Source: Octopus vulgaris
Taxonomy: Eukaryota
Length of the DNA: 64,000 nt
Reading direction: 5' to 3'
Assembly: GCA_951406725.2 (NCBI GenBank)
Contig: OX597817.1
Coordinates: forward strand, 94,612,001 to 94,676,000
Shown piece by piece: positions 39,761-54,399 of this stretch (the first letter of the stretch is position 1; every line of letters starts with the position of its first letter). A program made the translations under genes and the position numbers. The notes under the pieces are model-generated. The model ran no database searches. It saw only the letters and a program-made list of their open reading frames with translations, and was not told where the DNA came from.

Positions 39761-40486
39761 TAGGAGACGGAGGAAAGTCCGATAACGAATTAAAAGCAGC
39801 GTTAGTGTTGTAAACATTGTCGACCTGTACTCAATGTACGTGATTAGCTGCCCTACAGCGCCTGAAGAAGTCTCCCTCATTACGCTGGGTGTTAAAACAC
39901 TTGGAAGTTGCAGACAGGCGCCGATCGAATTCACGAGTGATGGACACCAATGTTTTGCCATTTTTGTAGCTTATCAACACTACGTGCATGTATCCAGCCG
40001 AGGACGAATCGAATCACCAGTCTGTCACGAAATACAAATACTATAAAAACTATTTGTTGGTATGCCACGGTGATGAAACGTATGATTAAATATTATTTAT
40101 AGTCAACCCCTCAAAATTTCAGGCTTTGAACCTGTTTTAGAAAAAATTGTTGCTGCTGCTGTTGTTGTTGTTGTTATTAACGCTGTTGCTATTGTTGTTA
40201 CTGTTGTTGCTACAATGAAAAAAATGAGATAAGAAAGGAGAATCTCGATGCAGCAAAAAATACTAGAAAAACAATTAAAAGAATGAAACATAAATAACTA
40301 CTACTGTTACGTAATCTCATAACCTGCCTAATATTAAAGAACTAGAGATAAGAAGATAATAGACTAGATTGATGCTATTGTGCAATACATGCAGCAAGAT
40401 GAATGCATATGTAGGTTGATGTTAGTTGGCTCCGACAATTATTGGTACTACTGCTACCTTTTTCATCGGCCACAACTGCTTTATAT

Positions 40487-40542
<56 letters not shown>

Positions 40543-41361
40543 TACATACATGTATATATGTGTGTATGTGTGTGTAGAGAGAGAGAGAGACGGAGAGAGA
40601 GATGTGGAGCTTAGGTCAAGGTAACCCTAACTAATAGGTATGCAGTCTGAGTGCTCTAATTGACAAGCTCCTAGGCTCCTAGTTCAAAAAGGACCTGGAG
40701 TTGTGGTAACACAAGTGTCCAGTTGGGAGAGAACTGGCAACCAGTAGCTTACCTTTGAGTCCGTAGATATAAATTAAATAAGAGGAAAACAATTAATCAA
40801 CGGAGAAATAATGGCATTTAAAATTTATTTAGTTTAGTTAAGGAGTTAATGCATTAGCATTAACTTAAGGAGTTAATGCTAATGCAACGAAGTTAGAATT
40901 AATAGATATAGTCTCTTACAGCTGTTTCTGAGATACCCCAGGTACTGCATCATCGTATTGATCCAAGGTTCCATATACTCGGAGAAATGTAAGTAAATTA
41001 TAGGCAGGAACATTTGTTGTGGAAAACAGCGTAGCACGATAGAAAGTTCATGGTTCGTTATAGTTTATAGATTATCGTGTTCCAAAGGGTAGAGGTATTT
41101 ATTCAGATCCATATGAAACGTTTCTTCCTTACGTACATTCCTGGGTAAGTTCATTCAAAATAGAGGTTGAATAATGTAGAGAGAAGGGAAAAAATAGTGC
41201 CAGCATTTTGAAAGTCCGTGTTCATAGTCCTCACTGTGGGACTGAACCCGTAACCAATGTAGTTAGAAAGCAGGCTTCTTACCACACAGCCACACCGGTG
41301 CATAATGTATATGCATACATTAATATGCCCATTACATATATATATAATCACATACACACAC

Positions 41362-41424
<63 letters not shown>

Positions 41425-41679
41425 AGTATGGTATATATGTAGATAGGTAGGTAGGTAGGTAGGTAGGTAGGTAGGTGGGTGTGTGGGTAGGTAGGTAGGT
41501 AGGTAGGTAGGTAGGTAGGTAGGTAGGTAGGTAGGTAGGTAGGTAGGTATACTAACAGTTTGTTTCAGAACTGACTGAATAAGTTTCACATATTTCTCAA
41601 TGTGGCCACACTAAAAAAACTGTTAGTGTATGGCAAAAAAAGGATATTTTCTCGTATTTAGTTCCGGCCCCCTATGTCC

Positions 41680-41862
41680 TCATGAAATATTGGTTCCCTC
41701 AGTTTTGCCTTTCATCTTATCGTGGTCGATAAAAATGTATCTTTGCCTTCTGAGTTCAAATCGTACTACATCTATATATACTACCTTCTGCCTATAACCG
41801 GCTTTAGACAGTGCGGCGTTATAAAATTCCGCTTTCTGCCTAAAAATGTCGGCACTAAGATA
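41680..41862 (-). mobile_element. PLE RT thumb fragment (Hydra-like)
   Basis: SADIFRQKAEFYNAALSKAGYRQKVVY aligns by eye with NEDIFNSVAPVYNKALKDSGFSEKIKY of the 613-aa ORF. Confidence 0.6.
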
Positions 41863-41865
41863 CGT

Positions 41866-42057
41866 TTGACTGCGGCCATGCTGGAGCACCGCCTTTAATC
41901 GAGCAACTCAACCCCGGGACTTATTCTTTTGTAAGCCCAGTACTTATTCTATCGGTCTCTTTTGCCGAACCGCTAAGTAACGGGGACATAAACACACCTA
42001 CATCGGTTGTCAAGCAATGCTAGGGGGACAAACACAGACGCACAAACACACACACGC

Positions 42058-42122
<65 letters not shown>

Positions 42123-42288
42123 TACGACGGGCTTCTTTCAGTTTCCGTCTACCAAATCCACTCACAAGGCTTTGGTCGGCCCGAGATTATAGTAGAAGAC
42201 ACCTGCCCAAGGTGCCACGCAGTGGGACTGAACCCGGAACCATATGGTTGGTAAACAAGCTACTTGCCACACAGCCACTCTTGCGCCT
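41866..42288 (-). mobile_element. SINE family A with internal (TA)n expansion
   Basis: Matches 1447-1853. Confidence 0.88.
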
Positions 42289-42354
42289 ATATATATATAT
42301 ATATATATATATAAGAAAAAAGGTTTGAAAATGCAATTTAAACGATGTTTATTT

Positions 42355-42395
42355 ACTTAACCGGTTTCACTCTTTGGTAAAAGATTGTCAAAAGT
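42355..42395 (-). ncRNA. Minimal hammerhead motif, U3-A8 variant
   Basis: ACUU-UUGACAA-UCUUU(UACC)AAAGA-GU-GAAA-CCGG-UU-AAGU. The + copy at ~43711-43750 has a damaged stem I. Confidence 0.65.
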
Positions 42396-42422
42396 TACAT
42401 TTAAGGAAACATTGAATAATAT

Positions 42423-42638
42423 GGGTTCAAAAAAGTTTTTTACATAATTGTCACATTGAATATTATGCATTCAAAAAAGTTTTTTACATAATTGTCACAT
42501 TGGATATTATGGGTTCAAAAAAGTTTTTTACATAATTGTCACATTGGATATTATGAATTCAAAAATGTTTTTTACATAATTGTCACATTGGATATTATGA
42601 ATTCAAAAATGTTTTTTTTTATACATAATTGTCACATT
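42423..42638. repeat. 44-bp minisatellite, 5 copies (mirrored at ~43470-43682)
   Basis: TACATAATTGTCACATT at 42441, 42485, 42529, 42573 and 42622. Confidence 0.9.
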
Positions 42639-43825
42639 ATTTGGGAAAATTTGGCAGAAAAGGATAAAACAAATATATTATTGGGAATTGGTTGCGTTAA
42701 TTATTGGTTGTCGCAAATTGTCACATTACATGTATATATATACAATCTTTGGTATATATATACAGCGTTTTGACAGCAAAAATTAAAATGGCTTTTTTGT
42801 ACATCTCAGAATATTTTAAGTATGTTTTTACTGACCTGTCAGTATTAGCAGAAAGGCTGAACTGAGAGAACAGAAGAAGTAGCCAATGTGGTGTATACTT
42901 CCCCTTTATGCATGAATGATTTTGGGGTTATCAGGAGGTTAGTATGCGGGTGTGAATAGATGTGTCCGTGCCTGCTGGTCAGACAGCATCTGTTTGTCAC
43001 ACACATATATATACACACAAACACATGTATGTGGTGTGTGTTTGTATACTATGTGTGTGTGTGTGTGTGTTGTTGTGTGCGTGTGTGTTTGTGTGTATAT
43101 ATATGTGTGTGACAAACAGATGCTGTCTGACCAGCAGGCACGGACACATCTATTCACACCCGCATACTAACCTCCTGATAACCCCAAAATCATTCATGCA
43201 TAAAGGGGAAGTATACACCACATTGGCTACTTCTTCTGTTCTCTCAGTTCAGCCTTTCTGCTAATACTGACAGGTCAGTAAAAACATACTTAAAATATTC
43301 TGAGATGTACAAAAAAAGCCATTTTAATTTTTGCTGTCAAAACGCTGTATATATATACCAAAGATTGTATATATATACATGTAATGTGACAATTTGCGAC
43401 AACCAATAATTAACGCAACCAATTCCCAATAATATATTTGTTTTATCCTTTTCTGCCAAATTTTCCCAAATAATGTGACAATTATGTATAAAAAAAACAT
43501 TTTTGAATTCATAATATCCAATGTGACAATTATGTAAAAAACATTTTTGAATTCATAATATCCAATGTGACAATTATGTAAAAAACTTTTTTGAACCCAT
43601 AATATCCAATGTGACAATTATGTAAAAAACTTTTTTGAATGCATAATATTCAATGTGACAATTATGTAAAAAACATTTTTGAAACCATTATTATTTAATG
43701 TTTCCTTAAATATTTTGACAATCTTTTACCAAAGAGTGAAACCGGTTATAAATAAACATCGTTTAAATTGCATTTTCAAACCTTTTTTCTTATATATCCC
43801 ACTCGTGCGATACCCCACAACTCAA

Positions 43826-43945
<120 letters not shown>

Positions 43946-44097
43946 CACATCAATTTTGTCACTCTTGTCTGTTTCCTTTTCTCTTAATCTTTTCCCTATC
44001 GATCGCTAACTGCCTAAGCTTCGCTGCTATCTCAGTTTTGCTTACGCATTAAAAAATATTTGATGTGTATATATAAATATATATATATGTATGTATG

Positions 44098-44129
<32 letters not shown>

Positions 44130-44130
44130 A

Positions 44131-44212
<82 letters not shown>

Positions 44213-44579
44213 ATATATATATATATATATATGCATATACGTGTGTATATATATGTACACACGTACATACATGCATATATACATATGTATGTATGTATTG
44301 TATATTCGCAGGCTTACGTTTGTTTATATGTATATGTATACATTTTTTCTGCGATGGAATTGTCCAGATGACAAGAACAATAGTAAAAAATATTGAACAA
44401 TTACTGTACAATAAATAAATAAAGATATAATCATCAATGAATACAGAAAAATTTGAGCATCGATACAAATAATAATAGTAGTAGTAATAATAATACAAAT
44501 AATAATAGTAGTAGTAATAATAATACAAATAATAATAGTAGTAGTAATAATAATAATAATAATAATAATAGTAATTATT

Positions 44580-46061
44580 ATAGACCAGCCCAGGGCTGAT
44601 AAAAACGAAGTAAGGATTGAAAGAGTTAGTATAAGTGATAGGCAAAGTGAAATACTCCCTGAACCAATCATAAATGCTAAGACAGATGAACATCAAATAG
44701 ATAAAGAAAGTCACACAAATATTGACCCAACAGAACTACATGAGCTAAAAAATCAAATCATGATTGAATGGCTGAAAATTAAAGAAACCAGCATGGATGA
44801 ACGTGATACACTCCCTAAAATCCGCAACTCTAACCAAAACATGAAAATAATTGGTAAAATCCGGCTTGCACTTAAGGATATAATTTCAGCTAATAATGTT
44901 GATATTACAAATCTCAACCACCTATACTATGCATCCGCGAAAATCTCAACGATCCTATGTGGTGTAGAGATTAGAAAACGGCAACATTCCCACAAAAAGC
45001 CTTCTTGGCAAGAGCGTTTGCAACAACAAATTAAACTATTTAGATCTGACATTGAATATTTGAAAAACCTTAAGGTTCACAAGACTACCAAACCTACAGA
45101 AACCCCAAATATTACTGAAAAAATACAATATGAAAACTATACTTGATATTGATGCCACCATAGAAACCATCAAACAAAAGGTATCTGCCAAAGCTGCCCG
45201 CATAGCGAGGTATGAAAAGCGTGTTAGATTTTTCAAGGACAACAACATGTTCAAAAATAACACTAAGAATTTTTACAGGAAGCTAGGAAAAACAGCGTTT
45301 ACTGCAAGGTCTGTACCATTAAAAGAAGAAGTGCAGGGATTTTGGAATAAAATTTGGGCAGAAGAAAAAACACACAACGAAAAGGCCCCTGGATTGACAG
45401 AATATCTACAGAACTGGACCCCTTAGTAGAGCAAAAGTGGGAGGGTGTCAAGGTAGAAGATATAAGATCTGCTCTCAGGAGGTCAAGCAAATGGAAGTCT
45501 CCAGGAAATGATAAAATTCCTAACTTCTGGCTGAATGCCTTCCCAGAGAGCCATGAACTGCTAACAGAACTGTACAATGATGTTTTGCAACACCCTAGTA
45601 GGATACTTCCTTGGCTAGTTAATGGGATAACATTCCTGCTTCCAAAAAGTGAAGAAACAACTGAACCAAAAAACTATCGACCCATAACCTGCTTAACAAC
45701 TATGTATAAAACGCTAACATCTGTCCTGACGGAATATACTTATAGGTTTTTAACAGACAGCAGTATATTCCCTAATGAACAGAAATTATGTAAACGTGGA
45801 TCCTACAGCTGTAAAGATCAACTACTCATCAATAAGATGATCTTAGAAGATAGTCACAAACGACACAAAAACTTATCAATAGCCTGGATAGACTATAAAA
45901 AGGTTTTTGATAGCCTACCACATAGCTGGATTAAGAAATGCCTGGAAATATATAAGATAGCACCTACTCTGCGAAACTTTTTGACTGTAAGTATGAGATC
46001 ATGGAGAACCACACTAACTCTGAACAGTGACAATGCTGGTGATGTAAAAATTTCATGTGGC
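44580..46061 (+). mobile_element. R4/Dong-clade LINE, N-terminal part and RT start
   Basis: KAARIARYEKR, WKSPGNDKIPNFWL, NYRPITCL, CKDQLLINK and WIDYKKVFDSLPHSWI. Preceded by an (AAT)n-rich tract. Confidence 0.88.
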
Positions 46062-47440
46062 AGATACCAGGAAACCTGAAGTTGTTTGGGAAGTCTGAAA
46101 AACAGATAGATTCCTTAATCAAAACAGTCCAGAAGTGTGGTAGGGACATCGGTATGGATTACCAAATGCTCAATACTAAATAGGAAAAGAGGGAAGAAAG
46201 CATCCTGCAGAGGATTGCATTTACCACTAAGAGAGACCATGGGTGAATCCGATGGTAGTGGGTATAGATATTTAGAGATTTTTGGAGCTGGATGACATTC
46301 TACACATTGATTACCGCACTGAACATCTGGACAGTTGCGGTGGTCAGATATAGTGCGACCATCCTCAAATGGACTAAGTAGGAAATATCAACACTGGATA
46401 GAAGGACGAGAAAGTTGATGACCCTGCATAGGGCGCTACACCCTAAAGCAAACGTAGAGTGTATATGAAAAGAAAGGTGGCAGAGGACTAATTACTATAG
46501 ACCATTGTATAAGGAGTAAGAGAACTCTTGCGATGAAGAGCTGCTGCAATATGCTGCGAAAGATATGGGTGTAAAAGATGAAATGATGAACAAGGAAGAG
46601 TTTAGCCAAAGAGCTGAGGTGAAGAGAAAAGAAGACCTTTTTGAAATGAGAATGCATTGACAGTTTAAAAGGAATACAGAGGACGTTAAGGATAATACAG
46701 CATCGTGGACATGGCTTGAGCGAGGTGATTTGGAGCATACCACCGAAAACCTGATCATTGCTGCACAAGACCAGACTCTCGCTACTAGTTCAGTGAAGTA
46801 TAATATCTATAAAACTTCTGATACCCAGAAATGCAGCCTCTGTGGAGTGTGGAAAATGTGACCCACTTGGTAAGTGAATGTGAGAGCCTTGCACAAAAAG
46901 AATACAAGCGCCGCCACGATAAAATGTGTGTGTTTCTTCATTGGCTCTTATGCTGTAAATACCAATATGAAGTAACAGAGAACTGGTATGCGCATAACCA
47001 AGGAAAGTTATGCAAGAGGATGAAAAGTAACGATACTCTGGGACTATGATTTTCAGACGGATCGTGTAATCGAACACCGTCGGCCAGATGTTGTCATATT
47101 GAAAAAGAGAGACAAATACTGTCAGATCATTGGTGTTGTGAGTAAAGAGGTTGAAAAAATCACCAAGTACTTCTAATTGAAAGTGGATATGACAAGACTA
47201 TGGGTGATGTAAAAGTGATATCAGTGCTGATCAGAGCGTTGGGCTCAATCCCATTGAAACTTCAGGACTTCTTAAGGCAACTGAAAATCCCATGCAAGAT
47301 TGATGTCTTGCAAAAAGCTGCCTTACTGGGCACAACACACATCTTAAGGAAAGTATTATCTGTCTGAGGTCCTTATTGTGATTTGACAGCTGACTATAGA
47401 CTCCGGTGCATTTTTACCGGCACTGTGTTACGACGGAATG
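46062..47440 (+). mobile_element. Decayed 3' half of a different R4/Dong-type LINE
   Basis: IAAQDQTL, ENVTHLVSECESLAQKEYKRRHD and HRRPDVV. Ends in (AAT)n. Confidence 0.8.
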
Positions 47441-47443
47441 ATG

Positions 47444-47506
<63 letters not shown>

Positions 47507-47609
47507 GTGATGATGCTCGAAAAATAAGAGGTGTTACCTTAGTTCACAGGTAGTGAAACGCTGGCACCAAAGTGAACAACTGACACAGCGTTAGAAGCTG
47601 TGCAAAGGC

Positions 47610-47660
<51 letters not shown>

Positions 47661-47663
<3 letters not shown>

Positions 47664-49657
47664 GAAATGCCTGGAAATGTATAAAATAGCGAAACTTTTT
47701 GTCTGTAAGCATGAGATCATGGAGAACCACACTAAGTTTGAACAATGACGATGAATCTCTAAATGCTGGTGATGTAAAAATTTCATGTGGCATTTTTCAG
47801 GGCGACTCACTATCACCACTCCTCTTTTGTTTAGCCTTAATACCTCTCTCAAAATTGCTCAAAGTCGCACAGTACGGATATAAAATGTTTGATAAAAATA
47901 TAAATTATCTCATTTACATGGATGATTTAAAGCTTTTTGCAAAAAATGACCAACAACTAAAGGGCTTACTAGCGGTTGTTAAACAATGCAGCGATGACAT
48001 CAGAATGCAATTTGGCCTCGATAAATGTGCAAAAACTACCTTTTCAAAGGAAAAATGACAGAAACATCTAACGTTTACCTCGACCAGCAAAATGTCATAA
48101 AAGAGTTAGACCCAGCGGAGAGCTACAAGTACCTAGGGGTAATTGAAGGGAACGGAATTAGGCATTCAGTGATGAAGGAAAGGATCAGGAGAGAATGTTA
48201 TCGCAGAGTAAGAGCAATACTCAAGACAGAGCTGAATGCGAGAAACAGGATCGAAGCGATCAATGCTTTAGTCATACCAGTTGTGGCTTACAGTTTCAAT
48301 ATCGTTAACAGGTCAATTACTGAAATATGTAATCTTGACAGAAAAATACGAAAACATTTGACAATGCATAGAATGCTCCACCCTAAGGCAGATATAGAAC
48401 GACTTTATCTGCCAAGAAAAGAGAGAGGCCGTGGACTTTTACAACTGGCAATAACAATGAAGATTGCTACAATTGGCCTAGACACCTACCTGAAAAACTC
48501 TGAGGACTGGATGTTAAAACTTGTCTCAAAACATGAAAACAAGAAAGCATCATACCCAGTAACAAAACAGGCAAAGGAATATCTAAGTGAATTCTGAATA
48601 CAACAAATTTCGGAATTAGACACAAGAAACAAGCGCAGAAAAAGCTAAGCGTATGAAAAGCCGTGCTAAAACTGCGGCCTTAGATATTCTGAATGATAAA
48701 TGGCAAGAAAAACCTCTCAATGGCAAATGCCCAAAGAAAGTGAATAATGCAGATATTGACAAAGCCCTGACCCATCAATGGCTAATGGCCTCTGGCTTAA
48801 AATCTGAAACAGAAAGATTTATCATAGCAGCTCAAGATCAATGCCTACCTACAAGGAACTACCAGGCCAACATATTAAAGAACGGCAGTAGCCCAACATG
48901 TCGTGTATGTCAACAACAAAATGAAACCATTGATTATGTCGTCTCCAAGGGTAGTCTTCTAGCGCCTACAGAGTATATCAACAGGCATGATAGAGCTGCG
49001 CAATATATTCACTGGGTAATTTGCAAAAGCCTGGACTTGCCCCATGATAAAAACTGGTGGGAACACAAACCACCTCCAGTGCTTGAAACTGACCATATCT
49101 CATTCTTCTGGAACTTCACCATTCAAACTGACAGAAAGATAGACGCAAATAGGCCAGACATCATAGTAAAAGATTTCAGACAAAATACATGCCACCTCAT
49201 TGATATGAGTGTCCCAATCGATATAAACGTATCTGTCAAGACCTACCAGAAACTGAGCAAATATAAAGATCTTGAAATAGAAATCAGCAAAATGTGGAAC
49301 CTGAAAGGTAAAACAATACCTGTTGTCATAGGAGCCCTGGGAATGATAGCAAAAGGGGCTGATTGCTACCTAACTCAGATACCAGGAATCCCCAAAATGG
49401 CAGAAATTCAAAAGATAGTGCTCATGGGAACTGCTCATATCCTACGCAAAATACTTTTTATGTAATCTCAAGTTTTAAAACAAACATAATTTTCGTATGG
49501 TTTTTTTAGGCATTCACTAGTACAACACTAATTACAAGACTAAATATATGGCACCTTAGGCATAAGACCAACATGAACTTTCAACTTGTTGTCTCTTGAG
49601 GTCTCTGGGTGAGATTTGGAGCTAGCTTGTGCAAATGTAAAGCAAAAGTCAAACATA

Positions 49658-49660
<3 letters not shown>
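47661..49660 (+). mobile_element. R4/Dong-clade LINE, 3' part (RT, zinc knuckle, restriction-like endonuclease), between (AAT)n tracts
   Basis: GIFQGDSLSPLLF, YMDDLK, YKYLG, CRVC..ETID, RHD, RPDII and KLSKYKDL. Few frameshifts. Confidence 0.92.
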
Positions 49661-50002
<342 letters not shown>

Positions 50003-50005
<3 letters not shown>

Positions 50006-50365
50006 CCTTTTCTACTATAGGCACAAGACCTGAAATATTGAAAAAGAGGATAGTTGATTACATTGACTCCAGTACTATTTATCAATCCCGAAAGTATCAA
50101 AGACATAGTCGGCAAATTTTGATCTCCGAACGTACAGAGGCCGTTTATTTAAGCCAGCGAGCTGGCAGAATCGTTAGCACACTAGACGAAATGCTTAGCT
50201 GTATTTCGCCCGTCGCTACGTCGTAAGTTCAAATTCCGCTGAGGTTGACTTTGCCTTTCATCCTTTCAAGTCCGATAAATTAAGTACCAGTCAAGCACTT
50301 AATGTGACCGACTTTCCCCTCCCATCAACACTTTCAGTCTTTGTGCCTATAGTAGAAACGATTAT
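50003..50365. mobile_element. Two head-to-head SINE family B copies
   Basis: About 50003-50135 (-) and 50155-50365 (+, GAGCTGGCAGAATCGTTAGCA...GTTCAAATTCC). Confidence 0.7.
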
Positions 50366-51879
50366 TATTAATATTACCCAAACTTGTTACAAGTGTCTGA
50401 CTTATATAAGTAGGAGCCTTTTATTAATGTTTATTTCGATATTTATAAACCAGTGCTTTTGTTATATTTCGCACTAAGTATTTGTTTATATACATTTCAG
50501 TACTTTGTTTTGTTTATTGGTGAGATTATTTGAGCGGTGTTTGTATGTATGGTGCAGGTAAGATGCATGTCTGTGTGTATAGAGAAAACATACCTTTATA
50601 TTTATCGAGAGACAGAGATCAATATATTCAAACGGATACATGTTCGAATACATAGCCAACTCGCATACGCATATACACATCCACATACGCCATCCACACA
50701 CGCGCACGCACGCACGCATAAATATATATTATATGCATGGGTGAGCGTGTATGTATATGTGTGTGTGCGCGCGTGTGCGCGTGTGTCTGTGTGCGTGTAT
50801 GAGTATATGCGTGTATCTATCAGTGTGTGTGTGTATGTAGATATATATATATATATATGTTTGTATGTATGTGTGTATGTATGCATGCATGTATGCATAT
50901 ATACACACACACACACACTCAAGCAGAAATATGTGTGTACATATATGTCGGTGTGCGACTGTACGATTGTGTGCGAGTGAGAGAGAGAGAGAAAGAGAGA
51001 ATATATGTATGTATTTATCTGCTACAGATATCATATATTTAATGGTATAAATAGTTCTGTAATAAAATTCCTTTGATCATTGAGAGAACTTTTGTCTTAT
51101 TTTGGTTTTTCTTTTACACACGAATATAAAACGAACAAACATAAATAACAACGATATTGCACAACAACGGGAAGAGAAAAAATGAGACAGTGATAGAGAA
51201 AATGGCGAGAGCGGCTGTGATGAACAGATATATTGGCATACCATCACATTGGTAATAAAAAAAAGAGAAGAAAAAGCCAAAATTTGTAGCAGGAGAATAC
51301 AAAAGCTTCCCACCACCACCGTAACCACTGATTTTTCAGTCATCCAACCTACCAAATCAGTTTCATAAAAATATAAAATAGACTACAAAAGCTGCAAGCA
51401 TAAAGCACATGAAGAGAACAGCAGCAAAGATATAAAACAATTACTGTACAATAGATATAAAATTGTCGCAAATGGATACCCCAACATTTTAACAACGTCC
51501 TCACCATAAATGAGAAAAATAATAATTGTTTCTTGTTGAAGCACAAAGCCAGCAATTTTTAAGGATAAGAAGTCGAAGCTTTGGACTACAGTATTTATTG
51601 GTACCGTATTTTATTCATTTAGCCTGAAAAAGGATGTATAACGAAGCTGACATCGGCGCGATTTGAACTCAGAATGTAAAGAACCTGAGGAAATAATTCA
51701 ACTCCCTTCTTCCACGAGCTGATGATTCAGCCAGCTTACCGCATTTATATTATCGAGTAAGAGAGCAGCACATGCCATCAAAGTGACACTGGGATACAAA
51801 TATACGAAGCCCAATATACTCATCATGACTACCCGTCTGATAAGGATACACCAGGCACATGCATTACAACCATATGTGT

Positions 51880-53010
51880 GCAACATGGCGATCCCATATC
51901 AAGATAAACAGCACATGGCCTTGGTCTCCACTACGCAGTCTTTTCATTATTTTGTACAGCGATCTTAAGACTTTACGTTTGGCAGCTAATTCAACTTCTT
52001 CAGCCCATTGGTTTGTATATCTAAGTTTATCATTTCGTACAGATATCTTTACAGCCTTGTCCTCATTCATATATTGCATCATATCTTTATATATAAAATT
52101 GAAGTTGTGTGTGTGAGACTCTGTCTCCTCCGATTTAGATTCCTAACTACTCCCACATTTTGCGGTGCAGTTTAACCAAAAGCGGGTATCTTATAGTCGT
52201 CATTCATATCGAGCCCTTCTGGGTATGAGCGCGCATCTACGATGAGTCTACGATTTTTAAAAAGATTACCATCATTTTTCCGCATTTTTAATGATCTTTG
52301 CTCGGGTTATATAAGGGAAGTAACTCTCTAAAAATGCTTATATAGTTATTTCCCTTACAAACCCGAGCAACGCCGGGCGATACTGCTAGTACTTTTCTAT
52401 ATGCTTGGTTGATGTAGAGGTGAGAAGGTTCTTCTACATTTCTTTTCTTTTTGTCTATGATTTTCCATGTGTCTTTTGATATCCATTTGGGATTTTTTCT
52501 ATAACCAATAGTTTCTTTAGCTGTGTCTGTAAGGGCATGGTTGAAATTGTCAATTGTTACATTCTCATTTGTTTGTAATGCACTGAAACTATTATGAAGT
52601 GCATCTTGATTGTATAATCATTCAGTTTGGTCTCATCAAAACGCTGATTCCTAGTGGTCCCTATACATTATTTTTTAGTTTGTGTTTGAGTTTTGCTATG
52701 AGCATGTAGTGATCACTCCCGATGTCTGCATGTCGCACCACTCGTACATCGTGTAGGGAACGTCGCCATTTCTTGTTGATTATGATGTGGTCGATTTGGT
52801 TTTTGTTTTCCCATCAGGTGATGTCCAAGTTAATTTATATATTTTCTTGTGCTCAAAGAGTGTACCACCTATAACCAGGTTACTCACTTCACAAATATAT
52901 ATCAGGCGTTCGCCGTTGTTTGTGAACCGACGCGTTCCATGATTCATTCTTTCTTGTCATTGTTGCTTCCAACTCTTGCGTTGAAATCTCCCATTAACAA
53001 TATAGCACAT
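51880..53010 (-). mobile_element. RTE-clade LINE AP-endonuclease and linker region (inverted relative to the RT part), interrupted by a Helitron
   Basis: Minus strand: GDFNARVG, QIDHIIINKKWRRSLHDVRV, ADIGSDHYML and DKAVKISVRNDK..WAEEVELAA..LYKIMKRL. Confidence 0.8.
52084..52389 (+). mobile_element. Non-autonomous Helitron
   Basis: A|TC...CCCGAGCAACGCCGGG..CTAG|T, same family as 35499-35894. Confidence 0.82.
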
Positions 53011-53084
53011 CATGTACTATCAGTAAAATATTCACCAGTAAAATATTCACCCATATACTGCATCGCATCACAGCAGCAGTAGCC

Positions 53085-54342
53085 CAATTACTTTACCAAG
53101 AGCATGCTGGATTCAGGAAAGGAAAATCATGTATCGACAATATTTCTGTAATTCGCCAAATGCGCGAACATTCTCATGAATGGAACTCATCTTTGTGCAT
53201 GCTGTTTGTTGACTTTGAAAAAGCTTTCGATAGCCTTCACCGAGATACACTTTGGAAGATTCTCAAACACTATGGTTTCCAACACTAATTAGTCACGATA
53301 ATTCGTTTCTTATATGAAAATTTCGAATGTCAAGTTATACACAGCAACAAACTTACACATCCGTTCGCAATCAAAATCGGAGTCAAAGAAGAATGCGTGT
53401 TATCACCAATCTTATTTTCATTGGCAGTGAATTGGTTGATGCAAAAGAACAACAGATGAATATAAACACGGTATAGAATGGAACACAACTCAACTAGAAG
53501 ATTTAGGTTATGCAGACGACTTCTGTTTGTTCTCATGCACTCCTCAAGAGTTACAAAACAAATCTGAAAGACTTAGTCAACACCATAGGTCTCAAAATCA
53601 ACGAGAAGAAAGCGTACACTCTTTTTAAGAATATAACAGATGCTGACCTTGTGACTTTGAACGACAAACCAATCGCAAATGTTGACGAATTTAACTATCA
53701 AGGCACCAAAATAACAACGGATGGAAACTGTATTCATGAGATAAATACAAAAATCAACAAAGCCAACCAATCATTCGGTATGTTAATCTCAATATGGAAA
53801 TCATCAATACTCAGCAAGAGCACCAAAATAGGATTTTACAAAAGCAACATATTTATCATCCTCCTCTATGGATCCAAACGTTAGAAAATAGCCAAAAGTA
53901 TTGAAAAGAAATTGGAGGTGTTTCAAAATAAATGTTTACCATAATTTTGAAGGTCTACTGGCCAAATATGATCTCGAATAGTCATCTATACATCAAGGCT
54001 AACGTGAAACTAATAACAGAATCTATTGAAGCAAAGAGATAGAAATGACTGGGTCGAGTTTGTTGTTATACACCGAACTCAATTGTCAGGATCGCTTTGC
54101 AATCGGTTCCACAAGGTGAAAGAAGACATGACCGACCAAAGGAAACGTAGCAGAGAACATTAAAATCTTAAAAGTAGAGGGTTAACAGTTGAACAAGCTG
54201 TGGTGGACGCTTTCAGTGTTAGATAGTGGAATGAACTTGCTATCCCCTCAAGTGCCACAACGCACAATGAGAACTGAATGAATGAATGAATGAATGAATG
54301 AATGAATGAATGAATGAATGAATGAATGAATGAATGAATGAA
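53085..54342 (+). mobile_element. RTE-clade LINE, RT and 3' end with (GAAT)n tail
   Basis: AGFRKGKSCIDNI, FVDFEKAFDSLHR, LSPILF and LGYADD. Confidence 0.85.
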
Positions 54343-54399
54343 TATGCACACAACAGAATAGACTGTTAGGAAAGAAAAGCTCCTAACATCGGGCTACAA

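Larger units (their letters stand above)
42305..43796. mobile_element. 1.5-kb non-coding fold-back element with HHR motifs and an internal 44-bp minisatellite, in (TA)n
   Basis: Arms ~42305-43024 and ~43083-43796 are reverse complements around a TG-rich spacer of ~60 bp. Confidence 0.9.

Noticed and set aside
42423-42638. CRISPR-like appearance of regularly spaced repeats
   Set aside because: The intervening sequences are also repeated, so there are no unique spacers. There are no cas genes and the context is eukaryotic.
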